DNA of 64,000 nt, from IMG/VR virus record IMGVR_UViG_3300042343_000347; one strand, 5' to 3'. Shown one piece after another: positions 18,904 to 28,637 of the stretch (position 1 is the first letter of the stretch; every line of letters begins with the position of its first letter). The translations under genes were made by a program, and so were the position numbers. The notes under the pieces are model-generated. The model was not told the DNA's origin and did no database searches. It was given only the letters and a program-made list of their open reading frames with translations. Source of the stretch: a virus.

Positions 18904-19290
18904 TTAATAACTCAACTTAACAAAATTAACAACACCGCCCGCAAAATCAACGATTTTGGCGCGCATGTAAACGAAATTACCTTCTATATTAGTATAGATG
19001 CTTGCGTTGCTTGCATCATAAGTATCGCTGCCTGTGGCTGAATTAGCATTAGCCACTAGTTCATATACCTTGAACCATTCAGCATTAGAACTATTACTAT
19101 TTAAACTTGCTTCAATAACGATGTTCGCGCTACAATTAGACAATCTGATATTGACTGTTTGTAGGTCTTGGTTTCCTAGATAATATGCAGCCGCGGGCTG
19201 TGCATTACCCGTAACTGTATAAACATTGGCAGTACCGCCGCCGTTATAAGTTGTCTGCGGTAATAATTCAAGTATAGTGACCTGACTCAT
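18904..19290 (-). CDS. hypothetical beta-rich virion protein
   Basis: IEASL..WF..GNFVYMRAK pattern. Confidence 0.55.
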   Translation of the reverse strand: MSQVTILELLPQTTYNGGGTANVYTVTGNAQPAAAYYLGNQDLQTVNIRLSNCSANIVIEASLNSNSSNAEWFKVYELVANANSATGSDTYDASNASIYTNIEGNFVYMRAKIVDFAGGVVNFVKLSY

Positions 19291-19457
19291 TATGCTTTCA
19301 CCGCTTCAACAACGATGCCCTCACCCGCGAGTTCTTGGGCCACTTGTTCTAATGCGGCCAACGTCTCTGGTGTAGCAATATCTGCACTGTCTTTATCGTT
19401 GTCTTTGACTATCTTGCTGAACTTTATGACAACGACATCTTCTACGATTTTAGCCAT
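19290..19457 (-). CDS. small hypothetical protein (55 aa, below ORF-track cutoff)
   Basis: MAKIVEDVVVIKFSKIVKD...VVEAVKA; GGAG SD; TAATG overlap with the next gene. Confidence 0.7.
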   Translation of the reverse strand: MAKIVEDVVVIKFSKIVKDNDKDSADIATPETLAALEQVAQELAGEGIVVEAVKA

Positions 19458-19485
19458 AAATACTCCATTCTATTAGAGTATTTAT
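19456..19485 (-). promoter_or_regulatory. late promoter embedded in an RBS-occluding hairpin
   Basis: ATAAATACTC-N10-GAGTATTTAT(G) perfect 10-bp inverted repeat covering the SD and AU of the AUG. Confidence 0.6.
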
Positions 19486-19490
19486 CTATA

Positions 19491-20186
19491 TCACTTCTGT
19501 TTCTGTAGAGAATATGATTTCCCTAGAAAATCACCAAACCATATACCCAAGATAGATATCATCCCGGGGTCGTTATAGTCTATATAGTACGATGTGTGCA
19601 TATATCGGTATGTACTCTGCGGATATTTATTAAGCATCCTGACCATCCCGGGACTGAAACGTATCTTGTCCCCGTACATATTTCTCAAGTCATTGACCTG
19701 ATCTTGAAAATCTACCGGGCATTTCCTACCTTTAAAGAAAGTTCTGTGCTTATATTTAGGTTCTTTCTTAAAGAACAATGTATCTGAAGTTTTGATGTAT
19801 GCTTCACTAAACTTGAGTGAAGGATCTATCACAACTAATGTCTTGAGCATGTCTAGATCATTACTGAAAAAACTGATATTATTCCCTTGAATCCTACACA
19901 TGAAGGTTTCGTTATTTCTATTATTCTTCCAATCAAAAAACTTTTCTATCTGCTCGAAATTAATATGATCGTATGTCTCTTCAAACCTACTATTTAAAAT
20001 ACTGATTCTATACTGATTCCTATTAGCCTTAGTATTTTCAAGTTTTTTCTTGAATTGGTCAAGGGTGTTGGTATAATAAGTATAGGCAGCACCCATGACT
20101 TTTAATTGTGCGCGATATTTGTATTTGCCAAAATACAAACCAGTGCGGTCATCAATTGTTAACTGTAATGATTCCATCATCTCCAA
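19491..20186 (-). CDS. hypothetical protein
   Basis: 231 aa ORF downstream of clpA. Confidence 0.6.
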   Translation of the reverse strand: MEMMESLQLTIDDRTGLYFGKYKYRAQLKVMGAAYTYYTNTLDQFKKKLENTKANRNQYRISILNSRFEETYDHINFEQIEKFFDWKNNRNNETFMCRIQGNNISFFSNDLDMLKTLVVIDPSLKFSEAYIKTSDTLFFKKEPKYKHRTFFKGRKCPVDFQDQVNDLRNMYGDKIRFSPGMVRMLNKYPQSTYRYMHTSYYIDYNDPGMISILGIWFGDFLGKSYSLQKQK

Positions 20187-22419
20187 CCTTTGCTGTCATT
20201 TTATTCGTGATGGCAAATTCGATGTTGTCTCCTACTAGATTTACCATGATGCTAGCATTGTTGATCTTTTCAAAGAGAATCTTCTTTGAAAGAGGTACAC
20301 GCAACAATTCATCGATCTTACGTGCTAATGGACGTGCGCCCATCTTGCTATCGTAACCCTTGTCAGCAAGATATTCAACGACCGGTTCGCTTAAGTTAAG
20401 AGTGATGTTATGCTTCTCAAGCAATGCCTTTTTGACATCCTCAGTGAATTTGATAACGATCTTCTTGATACTCAGCGTGTCCAACTTCTTGAACTTACAG
20501 ACCTTATCAAGACGGTTTCTAAACTCAGGCTTGAAGAAGTCCTTGAATGCCTTGTCATCTTCACCGGTCTTTATCATGTCACCGAATCCGATAGCGTTTC
20601 GTTCACCATCTGCACTGCCCAAGTTACTGGTCATGATGATGATAGTATTCTTACATGACACTTCCTTACCATTGCTACCTGTGACGCGCCCTTCATCAAG
20701 GATCTGCAAGAAGATGTTGAAGATGTCAGGGTGAGCCTTCTCAACTTCATCAAACAACATTATGCTATGCGGGTTCTTGCTCAAGTCACTGATCAAGCGA
20801 CCACCTTGTACTTGGCTATCACCGAATCCAACATAACCAGGAGGAGGTCCGATCAATGCGCTAACTGTATGTTTCTCGCTATACTCTGACATATCATATT
20901 TCAATAATGGCATGTCAAGATTCTTGCTCAACAACTTAGCAAGTTCAGTCTTACCTGTACCAGTCGGGCCCAAGAACAAGAAACTTGCGATAGGCTTAGT
21001 CTCGTTGTTGATTCCAGCAAAACTTACATAAACACGATCCAACACTTCGTCTACTGCTTCATCTTGACCATATAGTTTAGCCTTGACATTACTTTCAAGG
21101 TTAGTGATGCGATCAAAATTATCTCCCGACAACTTATCAGCAGGAACTCCAGTGAACTTCTCTACTTGATCAAAAATCATTTGCTTAGTGATGTCTGCGC
21201 CCTTGTTCTCAAGAACACGCTGTTTAGCACAGGCTGCGTCAAGCAAGTCAATGCTCTTGTCGGGATTTTTACGATCATGAATATAACGACCAGCCATTTC
21301 TACTGCGCTTTCGATTGCTTCGTCAGCGATCTTGACATCATGGAAGTCATTCAATCGTTCGCTCAAACCGCGCAAGATACGAACAGTAGTATCAGTGGTA
21401 GGCTCATCGATTGCTACACGATAAAACCTGCGCATCAATGCACGATCCTTCTCAAAACTTTCGTAGAAATCTTCCCAAGTCGTGCTTGCGATGATCTTCA
21501 ATGTACCCTTAGTGATAGCAGGCTTGATCATGTTAGCAAAGTCAACACTGCCGTTGCTACTGCTGCCAGCGTTTTGCATCATATGTGCTTCATCGATGAA
21601 TAGGATAGCCTTCTTCTTAGTATTGAGTGCCTCCATTACCTGCTTGACCTTCTCTTCAAAATCACCGCGATAACGACTACCGGCTAACAAACTACCGATC
21701 TCAAGACTATACAATTCATGATCCTTCAAGAACTCAGGAACTTCATCGTTGACGATGGCACGTGCGATACCTTCTGCGATAGCAGTCTTACCTACGCCCG
21801 GATCACCTACCATCAATACGTTGCTCTTGAAACGCTTGGCGAGTACGTTGATGATATCATCGATCTCTTTGTGACGACCGATCAATGGCTCAAGTTTATC
21901 TTTTCTTGCTAGATTAGTGAGATTGATGGTATGTTCTTCTAGGATCTCTTCTGCTTGGCTCTCAGTGAAGACAGAACCATGCTCACCGCCCTTATAATGC
22001 TTTTGCCAATACGGGAAGAATTCTTGCTTGGACACACCATACTTCAACAAGAAATAATGTGCATGACTGTTGTTTTCGCTAGCGATGCTAAAATACAAAT
22101 CGATAGTAGTAACTGTCCTGCGACCGCTGAACAATACCTGCGTCACGCTACGATTCATCACACGCTCAAGGCTGTTAGTCTTTTTAGGAACAGCATTTGG
22201 TTCTTTGCCTACAATGCTTTGCAATCCCTTGACATAAGATGCGATCTCATCCGACATAAGATCGACATCTACTCCAAAACCGATCAGACATTTCTTGAAC
22301 GGACTAAACGTGACTAATGCCAATAGTAAATGCTCTATAGTCACGTATTCGTGATTATGCTCTTTGGCAAATGCGATTGCCTGTTCGATGATGTTTTCAA
22401 TTTCGGGTGATGTATTCAT
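20152..22419 (-). CDS. clpA: ClpA-type Hsp100 AAA+ chaperone
   Basis: Clp N-domain (HEYVTIEHLLLAL); two AAA modules (GDPGVGKT, GPTGTGKT); no ClpB middle domain; IGF loop (AIGFG); MGARPL. Confidence 0.92.
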   Translation of the reverse strand: MNTSPEIENIIEQAIAFAKEHNHEYVTIEHLLLALVTFSPFKKCLIGFGVDVDLMSDEIASYVKGLQSIVGKEPNAVPKKTNSLERVMNRSVTQVLFSGRRTVTTIDLYFSIASENNSHAHYFLLKYGVSKQEFFPYWQKHYKGGEHGSVFTESQAEEILEEHTINLTNLARKDKLEPLIGRHKEIDDIINVLAKRFKSNVLMVGDPGVGKTAIAEGIARAIVNDEVPEFLKDHELYSLEIGSLLAGSRYRGDFEEKVKQVMEALNTKKKAILFIDEAHMMQNAGSSSNGSVDFANMIKPAITKGTLKIIASTTWEDFYESFEKDRALMRRFYRVAIDEPTTDTTVRILRGLSERLNDFHDVKIADEAIESAVEMAGRYIHDRKNPDKSIDLLDAACAKQRVLENKGADITKQMIFDQVEKFTGVPADKLSGDNFDRITNLESNVKAKLYGQDEAVDEVLDRVYVSFAGINNETKPIASFLFLGPTGTGKTELAKLLSKNLDMPLLKYDMSEYSEKHTVSALIGPPPGYVGFGDSQVQGGRLISDLSKNPHSIMLFDEVEKAHPDIFNIFLQILDEGRVTGSNGKEVSCKNTIIIMTSNLGSADGERNAIGFGDMIKTGEDDKAFKDFFKPEFRNRLDKVCKFKKLDTLSIKKIVIKFTEDVKKALLEKHNITLNLSEPVVEYLADKGYDSKMGARPLARKIDELLRVPLSKKILFEKINNASIMVNLVGDNIEFAITNKMTAKVGDDGIITVNN

Positions 22420-22439
22420 AAGCCTCTCTTTTAAAATAT

Positions 22440-23225
22440 TTATTTGCTACGATTGCGCAAAATACTATCTATGATTTCGTTATCTATTATATCGGGAATA
22501 TAGGGTTTTAGCAAGATGTATTGGTCTCCGTGATTAGCGGTGTTGACTATGGGCATACCATAACCTGACAATCTAATGCTTTGAAATGGTTGTGTTTTTG
22601 GTTTTATAGTTACATTTAATTCTTTTCCCGATACTGTCTTGAAGTGAAAGTCTGTACCAACAATCAAGTCTAACACATTGATGCTATGATTGCAATAGAG
22701 ATCATTACCTCGCCTATCAAATCGTAGATCAGGTAACATGTTGAATTCTACTATCAATACACCACCATCCATGACGTTATCAAAACGCATTTGGTCTTGA
22801 TTGTTTGCACCCGGGGGAATTTTGATATCTATGACCTTTTTACCGTTCATAGTACCTAATTCTAGTATCTTATTAATACCGTGATAAGCATCTTGTAATG
22901 TGATATCTACACGGGTTCTATAGACTTGTTTTCTGACGCCCTTAGGACCATTATGATCACGGAAGACTTGTCCAAACAAATCATTTAGATCGAAAGGCTG
23001 ACCGTTGAATCCGAACCCACCCGGAAATCCTTGGGGCATTGGATTATCGTATTGTTGTCTTTTTTGTGGATCGCTCAGTACATCGTATGCTGTTTGGATC
23101 TCTTGAAATTTATGCGTGTCACCGCCCTTGTCAGGATGATGCTGACTTGCTAATTTGCGGTAGGCTTTTTTGATATCATCGGGTGTAGCATTTTTTGCAA
23201 CACCCAATGTTGCATAATGGTCCAT
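22440..23225 (-). CDS. DnaJ-class chaperone lacking zinc fingers (CbpA-like)
   Basis: J domain with HPD, G/F region and C-terminal domain. Confidence 0.9.
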   Translation of the reverse strand: MDHYATLGVAKNATPDDIKKAYRKLASQHHPDKGGDTHKFQEIQTAYDVLSDPQKRQQYDNPMPQGFPGGFGFNGQPFDLNDLFGQVFRDHNGPKGVRKQVYRTRVDITLQDAYHGINKILELGTMNGKKVIDIKIPPGANNQDQMRFDNVMDGGVLIVEFNMLPDLRFDRRGNDLYCNHSINVLDLIVGTDFHFKTVSGKELNVTIKPKTQPFQSIRLSGYGMPIVNTANHGDQYILLKPYIPDIIDNEIIDSILRNRSK

Positions 23226-23230
23226 TCTTT

Positions 23231-23259
23231 ATTATAAATCAATTAAGGATGAAAGTCAA
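23231..23259 (-). promoter_or_regulatory. sigma70-type promoter, leaderless dnaJ-like transcript
   Basis: TTGACT-N17-TATAAT-N5-ATG. Confidence 0.75.
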
Positions 23260-23554
23260 CGTTTTGATCATCCCATTTATTACTGCGATATGGCTTTCTC
23301 GGTTCTACATCAAAATCATACTCTGGTTTTCTACGTGCAAACTTTTCAAGTCCTGTAGCACCGAAACCTCCTAGCACGATCCAAGCCATAGTTTCATATA
23401 TAAATGCATCCATTTTATAGTTAAAAAACAAGTTCGCTATGAAAGCCACAACACATAAAATAAAAGCGATAAATGTTATCACTCTTTTACTCGACACCGA
23501 TTCACTGTCATGGCTATCGGCTAACATTGTTTTCATATTCTGACGCAAACTCAT
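23243..23554 (-). CDS. two-TM membrane protein, holin-like
   Basis: SSKRVITFIAF...GATGLEKF with two TM helices. Confidence 0.5.
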   Translation of the reverse strand: MSLRQNMKTMLADSHDSESVSSKRVITFIAFILCVVAFIANLFFNYKMDAFIYETMAWIVLGGFGATGLEKFARRKPEYDFDVEPRKPYRSNKWDDQNVDFHP

Positions 23555-23561
23555 CGTTTCC

Positions 23562-24101
23562 TCAGATTCTTGCTATGTCTAACAGATGGCGTATCTCTTC
23601 ATCTACATTTGTATAAATCTTTTTGCGAGATAGTCCTGCGATATGACGCATCTCATTTAACTCTTCTTCTTTATTTTCTATCTTTTTATATTCTTCAGGA
23701 TTTAATATCATGATCTGTTTTAAAACATCAGTATCAGCGTCATAATCATCTTCTTTGAAACTCACAGTATAATCCTTGACTTGGATATCAGTCAAGGTTT
23801 CTAAATCTTCAAGCACTCTTATGATCTTTTCAGGGACGTTTGATCTACGTTTCATCTCAACGAACACCAGCCATTTGCCTGGTTCTATCTCACCATCACT
23901 CACACTTGAATCAAGTATGAAATCATATCCTATCTCAAGCCATGCTACTAAATCTTTGGCTGCGAGTTTGCTATTAGTCTTGAATGTTAATGTGACTATA
24001 TCACTATCTTCGCCCATTTTAGCGGCATACTCATCAATAGTGATCTTAGGGTCTAACTGCCCTTTCATGTCATGGTAATTTAAACCTTCGTTCAGTTTCA
24101 T
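23562..24101 (-). CDS. hypothetical (probable virion/head) protein
   Basis: MKLNEG N-terminus; LNEMRHIAGL C-terminal motif also seen in 42888..45224. Confidence 0.6.
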   Translation of the reverse strand: MKLNEGLNYHDMKGQLDPKITIDEYAAKMGEDSDIVTLTFKTNSKLAAKDLVAWLEIGYDFILDSSVSDGEIEPGKWLVFVEMKRRSNVPEKIIRVLEDLETLTDIQVKDYTVSFKEDDYDADTDVLKQIMILNPEEYKKIENKEEELNEMRHIAGLSRKKIYTNVDEEIRHLLDIARI

Positions 24102-24111
24102 ATGCGTTGCC

Positions 24112-24693
24112 TTATACAGTGGCTTGATCTACCTGAGCCTGATCTTGCGCAGTCCCTTCAGCATTACCACCTACACCTTGTTTATCTAAATCTTCAGAAT
24201 ATGCATCATCAAGTTCATCGAGGTCAATAGTAGAACCTGCTAGGTCTACAGAACCTTCCTTGATATCGTCCATCAGATCATTGGGAATAGTGATCTTCAC
24301 TAGCCAAACTTCACGCTTGACTCCTTTTGGATAGTTAGTACCGGGTACTAGATCCTCATAGTCTTTTACTTCTACAGGGACATCGACCTTAGTCTTTTCC
24401 CATTTAACATCACATCCTACAGCAAGCAGTCTTTTGACTGCTTTAGGATCTGGCATGAGTTTATAAGGCCACATGAATATGCAACTAGTATTATATCTAC
24501 CTACATCTGGGCCTTGAACTAGTTCACCTAATTCCCAGTTTTTAAAAGCGTAAATGTCTAGTTCATCTATGACACGCTCAAAGTCCAATACCATGGATAT
24601 TGCTCCGTCGCTGGTCATGATGCCTTTGACAGTGCTTACTATGCTGACGAAATCTACGTCATTAAACCAATTATCTGCAACTTTATGGGTCAT
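24112..24693 (-). CDS. hypothetical protein
   Basis: 193 aa; late promoter 4 nt upstream of the ATG. Confidence 0.65.
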   Translation of the reverse strand: MTHKVADNWFNDVDFVSIVSTVKGIMTSDGAISMVLDFERVIDELDIYAFKNWELGELVQGPDVGRYNTSCIFMWPYKLMPDPKAVKRLLAVGCDVKWEKTKVDVPVEVKDYEDLVPGTNYPKGVKREVWLVKITIPNDLMDDIKEGSVDLAGSTIDLDELDDAYSEDLDKQGVGGNAEGTAQDQAQVDQATV

Positions 24694-24878
24694 AATGTAT
24701 TTATCACTAAAGAAGTTATATAAGAATTCATTAATTCTGGGTACAGTGATATATTTATCAATAAATGCTGTTCAAACACATAGCAAATAATACACAGTCA
24801 CATACCCGTAAATACACAAGAGATAGCAGATAATAGTTATCTCTATCTCTATAGATCGAACTTACAGGAGATTTACGC

Positions 24879-25637
24879 TTGAGCAAGAGAAAAACTGGGG
24901 CTTTAAGAAAAGAGCAAAACAGGCAAATGCAAAACTATCAAAAAAACTTCTATGTCGCAGAAACGATAGACTTCAGGGAAGAATATAAGCGACAACGTAA
25001 ACAAATCGAACTGCTACCGCAGTCAGTCAATCAAGAAAAATATATCCTATCACTAATCGACAGAGACTTAGACATCGTAGTTGTATCCGGTCCGGCTGGC
25101 ACTGGAAAAACATACTTGGCGATGCTAGCCGCGATCAAGTCCCTAAGAAACGGAGACTGCGATAAGATCATATTGACTAGACCTGCGGTGGCGGTCGATG
25201 ACGAGAAGCATGGTTTCTTGCCCGGAGACTTAAACAGCAAGATGGAACCCTGGGTACGTCCATTGCTAGATGTATTGAAAGAATACTATAGCATGAAAGA
25301 ACTGATCCACATGTTAAATGAGCAAATCATTGAGATAACTCCACTGGCATTCTGCCGTGGTCGAAACTTTAAGAACAGTTGGGTCATACTTGATGAAGCA
25401 CAAAATGCTACACCAAGTCAATTAAAAATGTTGATGACACGCATCTGTGAAGGAAGCAAAATAGTCATCACAGGCGACATCGAACAGACAGACAGACGAA
25501 CCGCTGACAACGGTTTACTTGATCTGACAAGTAAACTTCAACAGACTCCTGTTGCTGGTATCGGTGTGTGTGAGTTTGAAACAAGAGATATAAGGAGACA
25601 TAAGATTATAGAGCATATACTTAAACTCTACAACTAA
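24879..25637 (+). CDS. phoH: PhoH-like ATPase
   Basis: GPAGTGKT, GFLPGDL, RGRNF, ILDEAQN, TGDIEQTD; TTG start with AGGAG SD. Confidence 0.95.
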   Translation: MSKRKTGALRKEQNRQMQNYQKNFYVAETIDFREEYKRQRKQIELLPQSVNQEKYILSLIDRDLDIVVVSGPAGTGKTYLAMLAAIKSLRNGDCDKIILTRPAVAVDDEKHGFLPGDLNSKMEPWVRPLLDVLKEYYSMKELIHMLNEQIIEITPLAFCRGRNFKNSWVILDEAQNATPSQLKMLMTRICEGSKIVITGDIEQTDRRTADNGLLDLTSKLQQTPVAGIGVCEFETRDIRRHKIIEHILKLYN

Positions 25638-25666
25638 AAAAAAACGGGGAATTTATTTCCCCGTTT
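25637..25666 (-). terminator. intrinsic terminator
   Basis: AAACGGGGAA-TTTAT-TTCCCCGTTT with a poly-U tail on the minus strand, at a convergent junction. Confidence 0.7.
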
Positions 25667-25946
25667 CTCTTCTTTTTGCTAATTCAGGCCCTTCTTTTTC
25701 AAGTTGGCTTATTGCTTGAGGATATACCTTCTTATAATATTCATGCAGTTGATCGAAGGTCCTATCTAATCTATTTCCTTCTACTACACATTTTTCTACT
25801 TTACGCAATCCATAATCTAATATGATATTGCTAGTAGATGCATCACTGGTACGCACACGCTTGACGAACCTTGCTTGTTCATCAATCTGTCCACCTGGTT
25901 TACGATAAAAACTAATCAATAGATAACGCATGTTACTGCTTATCAA
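25653..25946 (-). CDS. hypothetical protein
   Basis: ORF in operon orientation. Confidence 0.6.
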   Translation of the reverse strand: MISSNMRYLLISFYRKPGGQIDEQARFVKRVRTSDASTSNIILDYGLRKVEKCVVEGNRLDRTFDQLHEYYKKVYPQAISQLEKEGPELAKRRETGK

Positions 25947-26313
25947 AAGTCAAATCGATAGTGCCGCCTTGCTCAAATTGATTCCAAGCAAGTAATTCTT
26001 TACCACCATTAGTAGTCTGTACAAAGATATTATAATCAGCATTTGCAGTCATCTTGATAGTTTGTGCATTTGGATCCATCCAACCACGATCTACCCATAC
26101 GCCGGCAGTAGGTCCAAAACTACATGATCCTTGCATGAACCAAACGTTTGGTTGCTGCCAGAACTTTAATGCATTAGTGTTGTTAGGATCACTGGTAGTA
26201 TTTGACCAACTCTGTCCAGGACTGATTGTAGTCAAATCTCCTGTGGTATTGTGTGTTACCGTGATATTATAATCAGTATTATTGTGAATAGTTAATGTTG
26301 CTTGCCAACTCAT
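25933..26313 (-). CDS. hypothetical beta-rich protein
   Basis: GAGGAG SD and a TAAATA element upstream; Thr/Asn/Trp-rich. Confidence 0.6.
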   Translation of the reverse strand: MSWQATLTIHNNTDYNITVTHNTTGDLTTISPGQSWSNTTSDPNNTNALKFWQQPNVWFMQGSCSFGPTAGVWVDRGWMDPNAQTIKMTANADYNIFVQTTNGGKELLAWNQFEQGGTIDLTFDKQ

Positions 26314-26341
26314 GTGAATCTCCTCTGCTCTATTTACTAGA

Positions 26342-27265
26342 TCAAGAAGTCAATTCAATTAATGTTGCAGCCAAACTGATCTCGGGGATACCAACAAGCG
26401 GCAAGTTCGCAAGACCATTACGAATATGAATGATTGCAGTATCACGCGCCGGATTAGTTTTGCCCCACAAGTCAAGATTGTCATACATCCATTTATAGAT
26501 GTCTTCAATTCTTGTAGGATACAGACCTATGTATTCCATCAATGTCTGACGACCTTCTTGCACCTTACCATCTTTGAACAACGCTACTGCTTTGAGTAGC
26601 AATTCGTCTTCGTTGGTTGCCTCATTGCTAGGACGTGTCAGGCTACCTGTTATGCTATTAGCCTGTAACTGATTCAAACATTTACGTAGATCGGGATAAG
26701 TTGCACGAATATATAGATCCAACACTTCAAGGTCGAATTCAACGTTCTCAGTAACTAACACCGTCGCGGCTCTTGCTGTGAATTCAGTCATATCGGTCTT
26801 AGCGATATGAAACTCATGGCAACGACTCTTTAGTGCAGGAATGATCTTGTGTCTATAGTTACAAGTCAGGATATAGCGCACAGTCATGTGATACGCTTCC
26901 ATATCATTTCTCAAGGCGGCTTGCGCCGGGGGTGTGAGATAGTCCGCTTCGTCTAACAGCACTACCTTGAACTTGCCAAAAGGCATAGTCTGCACAAAAC
27001 TGTTGATCTTCTCACGTAGCATATCGATACCATTCTCACGGCTTGCGTTTATCTCAAGCACATCAAAATCTTCGACACCCAGTTCGTTGATCAATACTTT
27101 AGCAAGAGTGGTCTTGCCTGTACCTGGCTCACCACTCAATAGCAAATGCGGGATGCTTTCTTCTTTGATCCAATGTTTTACTGTTTGTTTCTGTTGTTCA
27201 TCAACAAAAACATATTCTTCGACCTTGCTAGGTCTATATTTTTCTACCCAGAGATTATTTTTCAT
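26342..27265 (-). CDS. clamp loader AAA+ subunit (T4 gp44/RFC small)
   Basis: LWVEKYRP, GEPGTGKTT, LEINAS, LDEAD, SRC motif. Confidence 0.93.
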   Translation of the reverse strand: MKNNLWVEKYRPSKVEEYVFVDEQQKQTVKHWIKEESIPHLLLSGEPGTGKTTLAKVLINELGVEDFDVLEINASRENGIDMLREKINSFVQTMPFGKFKVVLLDEADYLTPPAQAALRNDMEAYHMTVRYILTCNYRHKIIPALKSRCHEFHIAKTDMTEFTARAATVLVTENVEFDLEVLDLYIRATYPDLRKCLNQLQANSITGSLTRPSNEATNEDELLLKAVALFKDGKVQEGRQTLMEYIGLYPTRIEDIYKWMYDNLDLWGKTNPARDTAIIHIRNGLANLPLVGIPEISLAATLIELTS

Positions 27266-27945
27266 TCTTTCCTATCACCAAAAAGTTGCAGTAACGATAA
27301 GAATATATTAATAAAATTCAAGTACAATGTCAATGCACCTTGGACTTCCTCGACATGATCACTAGTACTACGGGTAACAATCTCACGAATCTGCTGTGTA
27401 TCGTATGCTGTCAACCCAAGAAAAATAATAATGGCCAAAGCACTAATAACCATAGCAAATAAACTACTACCGATAAAGATATTAACAATACTGGCAATAA
27501 TAATGGCAATGAGGCCCACAAACATAAACCTACCAACACTATCAAGATTGTTTTTAGTAAAGTACCCATAAAAACTCATTACTCCGAATAAAATGGCTGC
27601 TCCCATAAATGCACTAACTATACTGCCCATCTGAAATACAGCAAAGATAGTTGCGAAACTCAGTCCCATCAATGCCGCGAATCCATGTAGAAGCAATAGG
27701 GCAATGTTTCTATCTGGTCTAGCGTTCAATGCTAACGTTACACCAAAAACTGCCGCTAATGGAGCAAAGATCACGATCCACTTAGTGAATCCTGTGAAAA
27801 AGAATTGTAGTAGTTCCGGGCTAGTGCCTACAAGATAACTTACGATCATCGATGTGATGACTGCTAGGCTCATGTTTTGATAAACTTTGGCCATAGCAAG
27901 ATTGATTTCACTTGCTGATTTATATGGATGTGAGATTGTGTACAT
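27262..27945 (-). CDS. Bax inhibitor-1/YccA family membrane protein
   Basis: 7 TM helices; AYDTQQI..GALTLYLNFINIFLSLL signature. Confidence 0.9.
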   Translation of the reverse strand: MYTISHPYKSASEINLAMAKVYQNMSLAVITSMIVSYLVGTSPELLQFFFTGFTKWIVIFAPLAAVFGVTLALNARPDRNIALLLLHGFAALMGLSFATIFAVFQMGSIVSAFMGAAILFGVMSFYGYFTKNNLDSVGRFMFVGLIAIIIASIVNIFIGSSLFAMVISALAIIIFLGLTAYDTQQIREIVTRSTSDHVEEVQGALTLYLNFINIFLSLLQLFGDRKE

Positions 27946-27948
27946 GAT

Positions 27949-28302
27949 TTACTCCTTATCACTCATTGTATAATCGTCTACTGGCTCATCACTTACCAGT
28001 AAGACATCGTTTGGATCGACTTTGCGGATTATTTGTTCTCCGTCATTGTCTTCGATTTTGATGCCCCTAGTCCATCTACCATGGGCTATCATGATATACT
28101 GCCCTACCTTTACATCTTTCTGCTCAGGACCCACTGCATACACCTTACCCCAACGAGGTCTGATACCGGCGCTCTTTGTGTCATCGTTGCGGAGTACAAT
28201 ACCTCCTGCACTGATTCGCTCACCGAAATACATTTCTGATACTATGATAGTATCGTTCAGTGGAACTAACTTAGAGACCTTATAAGGGTTGATGTTTGCC
28301 AT
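27949..28302 (-). CDS. GroES-like co-chaperonin (Cpn10)
   Basis: PLNDTIIV..SAGGIVL..GKVYAVGP..VKVG. Confidence 0.85.
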   Translation of the reverse strand: MANINPYKVSKLVPLNDTIIVSEMYFGERISAGGIVLRNDDTKSAGIRPRWGKVYAVGPEQKDVKVGQYIMIAHGRWTRGIKIEDNDGEQIIRKVDPNDVLLVSDEPVDDYTMSDKE

Positions 28303-28304
28303 TG

Positions 28305-28628
28305 TTACTTACTCTCCTGTGCTTTGATGTTTTCTACTTCAATATCATCGTCTAATGATGTTTCTAAATCCAACTCATCTTTAGTGAGTTGTTGCTTAGG
28401 TTGCTGTGTCTTAGTAGTCTTGACCGGTTGTGCTGATTTATTGCCAACTGTCTTTTGGTATTTTTCCCCGACTTTCTGTGTTACAGGAACAACTACTTTA
28501 CCGCTGCCGTCAATAGTGTCACCTCGGGCATTCACTTTCATGTTACCTACGGCGCGCACTCGCTCATTTTTGGCTGCTAATGCTGCCATATCAATAATTT
28601 TACCCTGTGCTGTTCTATGCTGTTTCAT
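28305..28628 (-). CDS. hypothetical protein
   Basis: RAVGNMKVNARGD motif; coupled to neighbours. Confidence 0.65.
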   Translation of the reverse strand: MKQHRTAQGKIIDMAALAAKNERVRAVGNMKVNARGDTIDGSGKVVVPVTQKVGEKYQKTVGNKSAQPVKTTKTQQPKQQLTKDELDLETSLDDDIEVENIKAQESK

Positions 28629-28637
28629 GATTTACCC

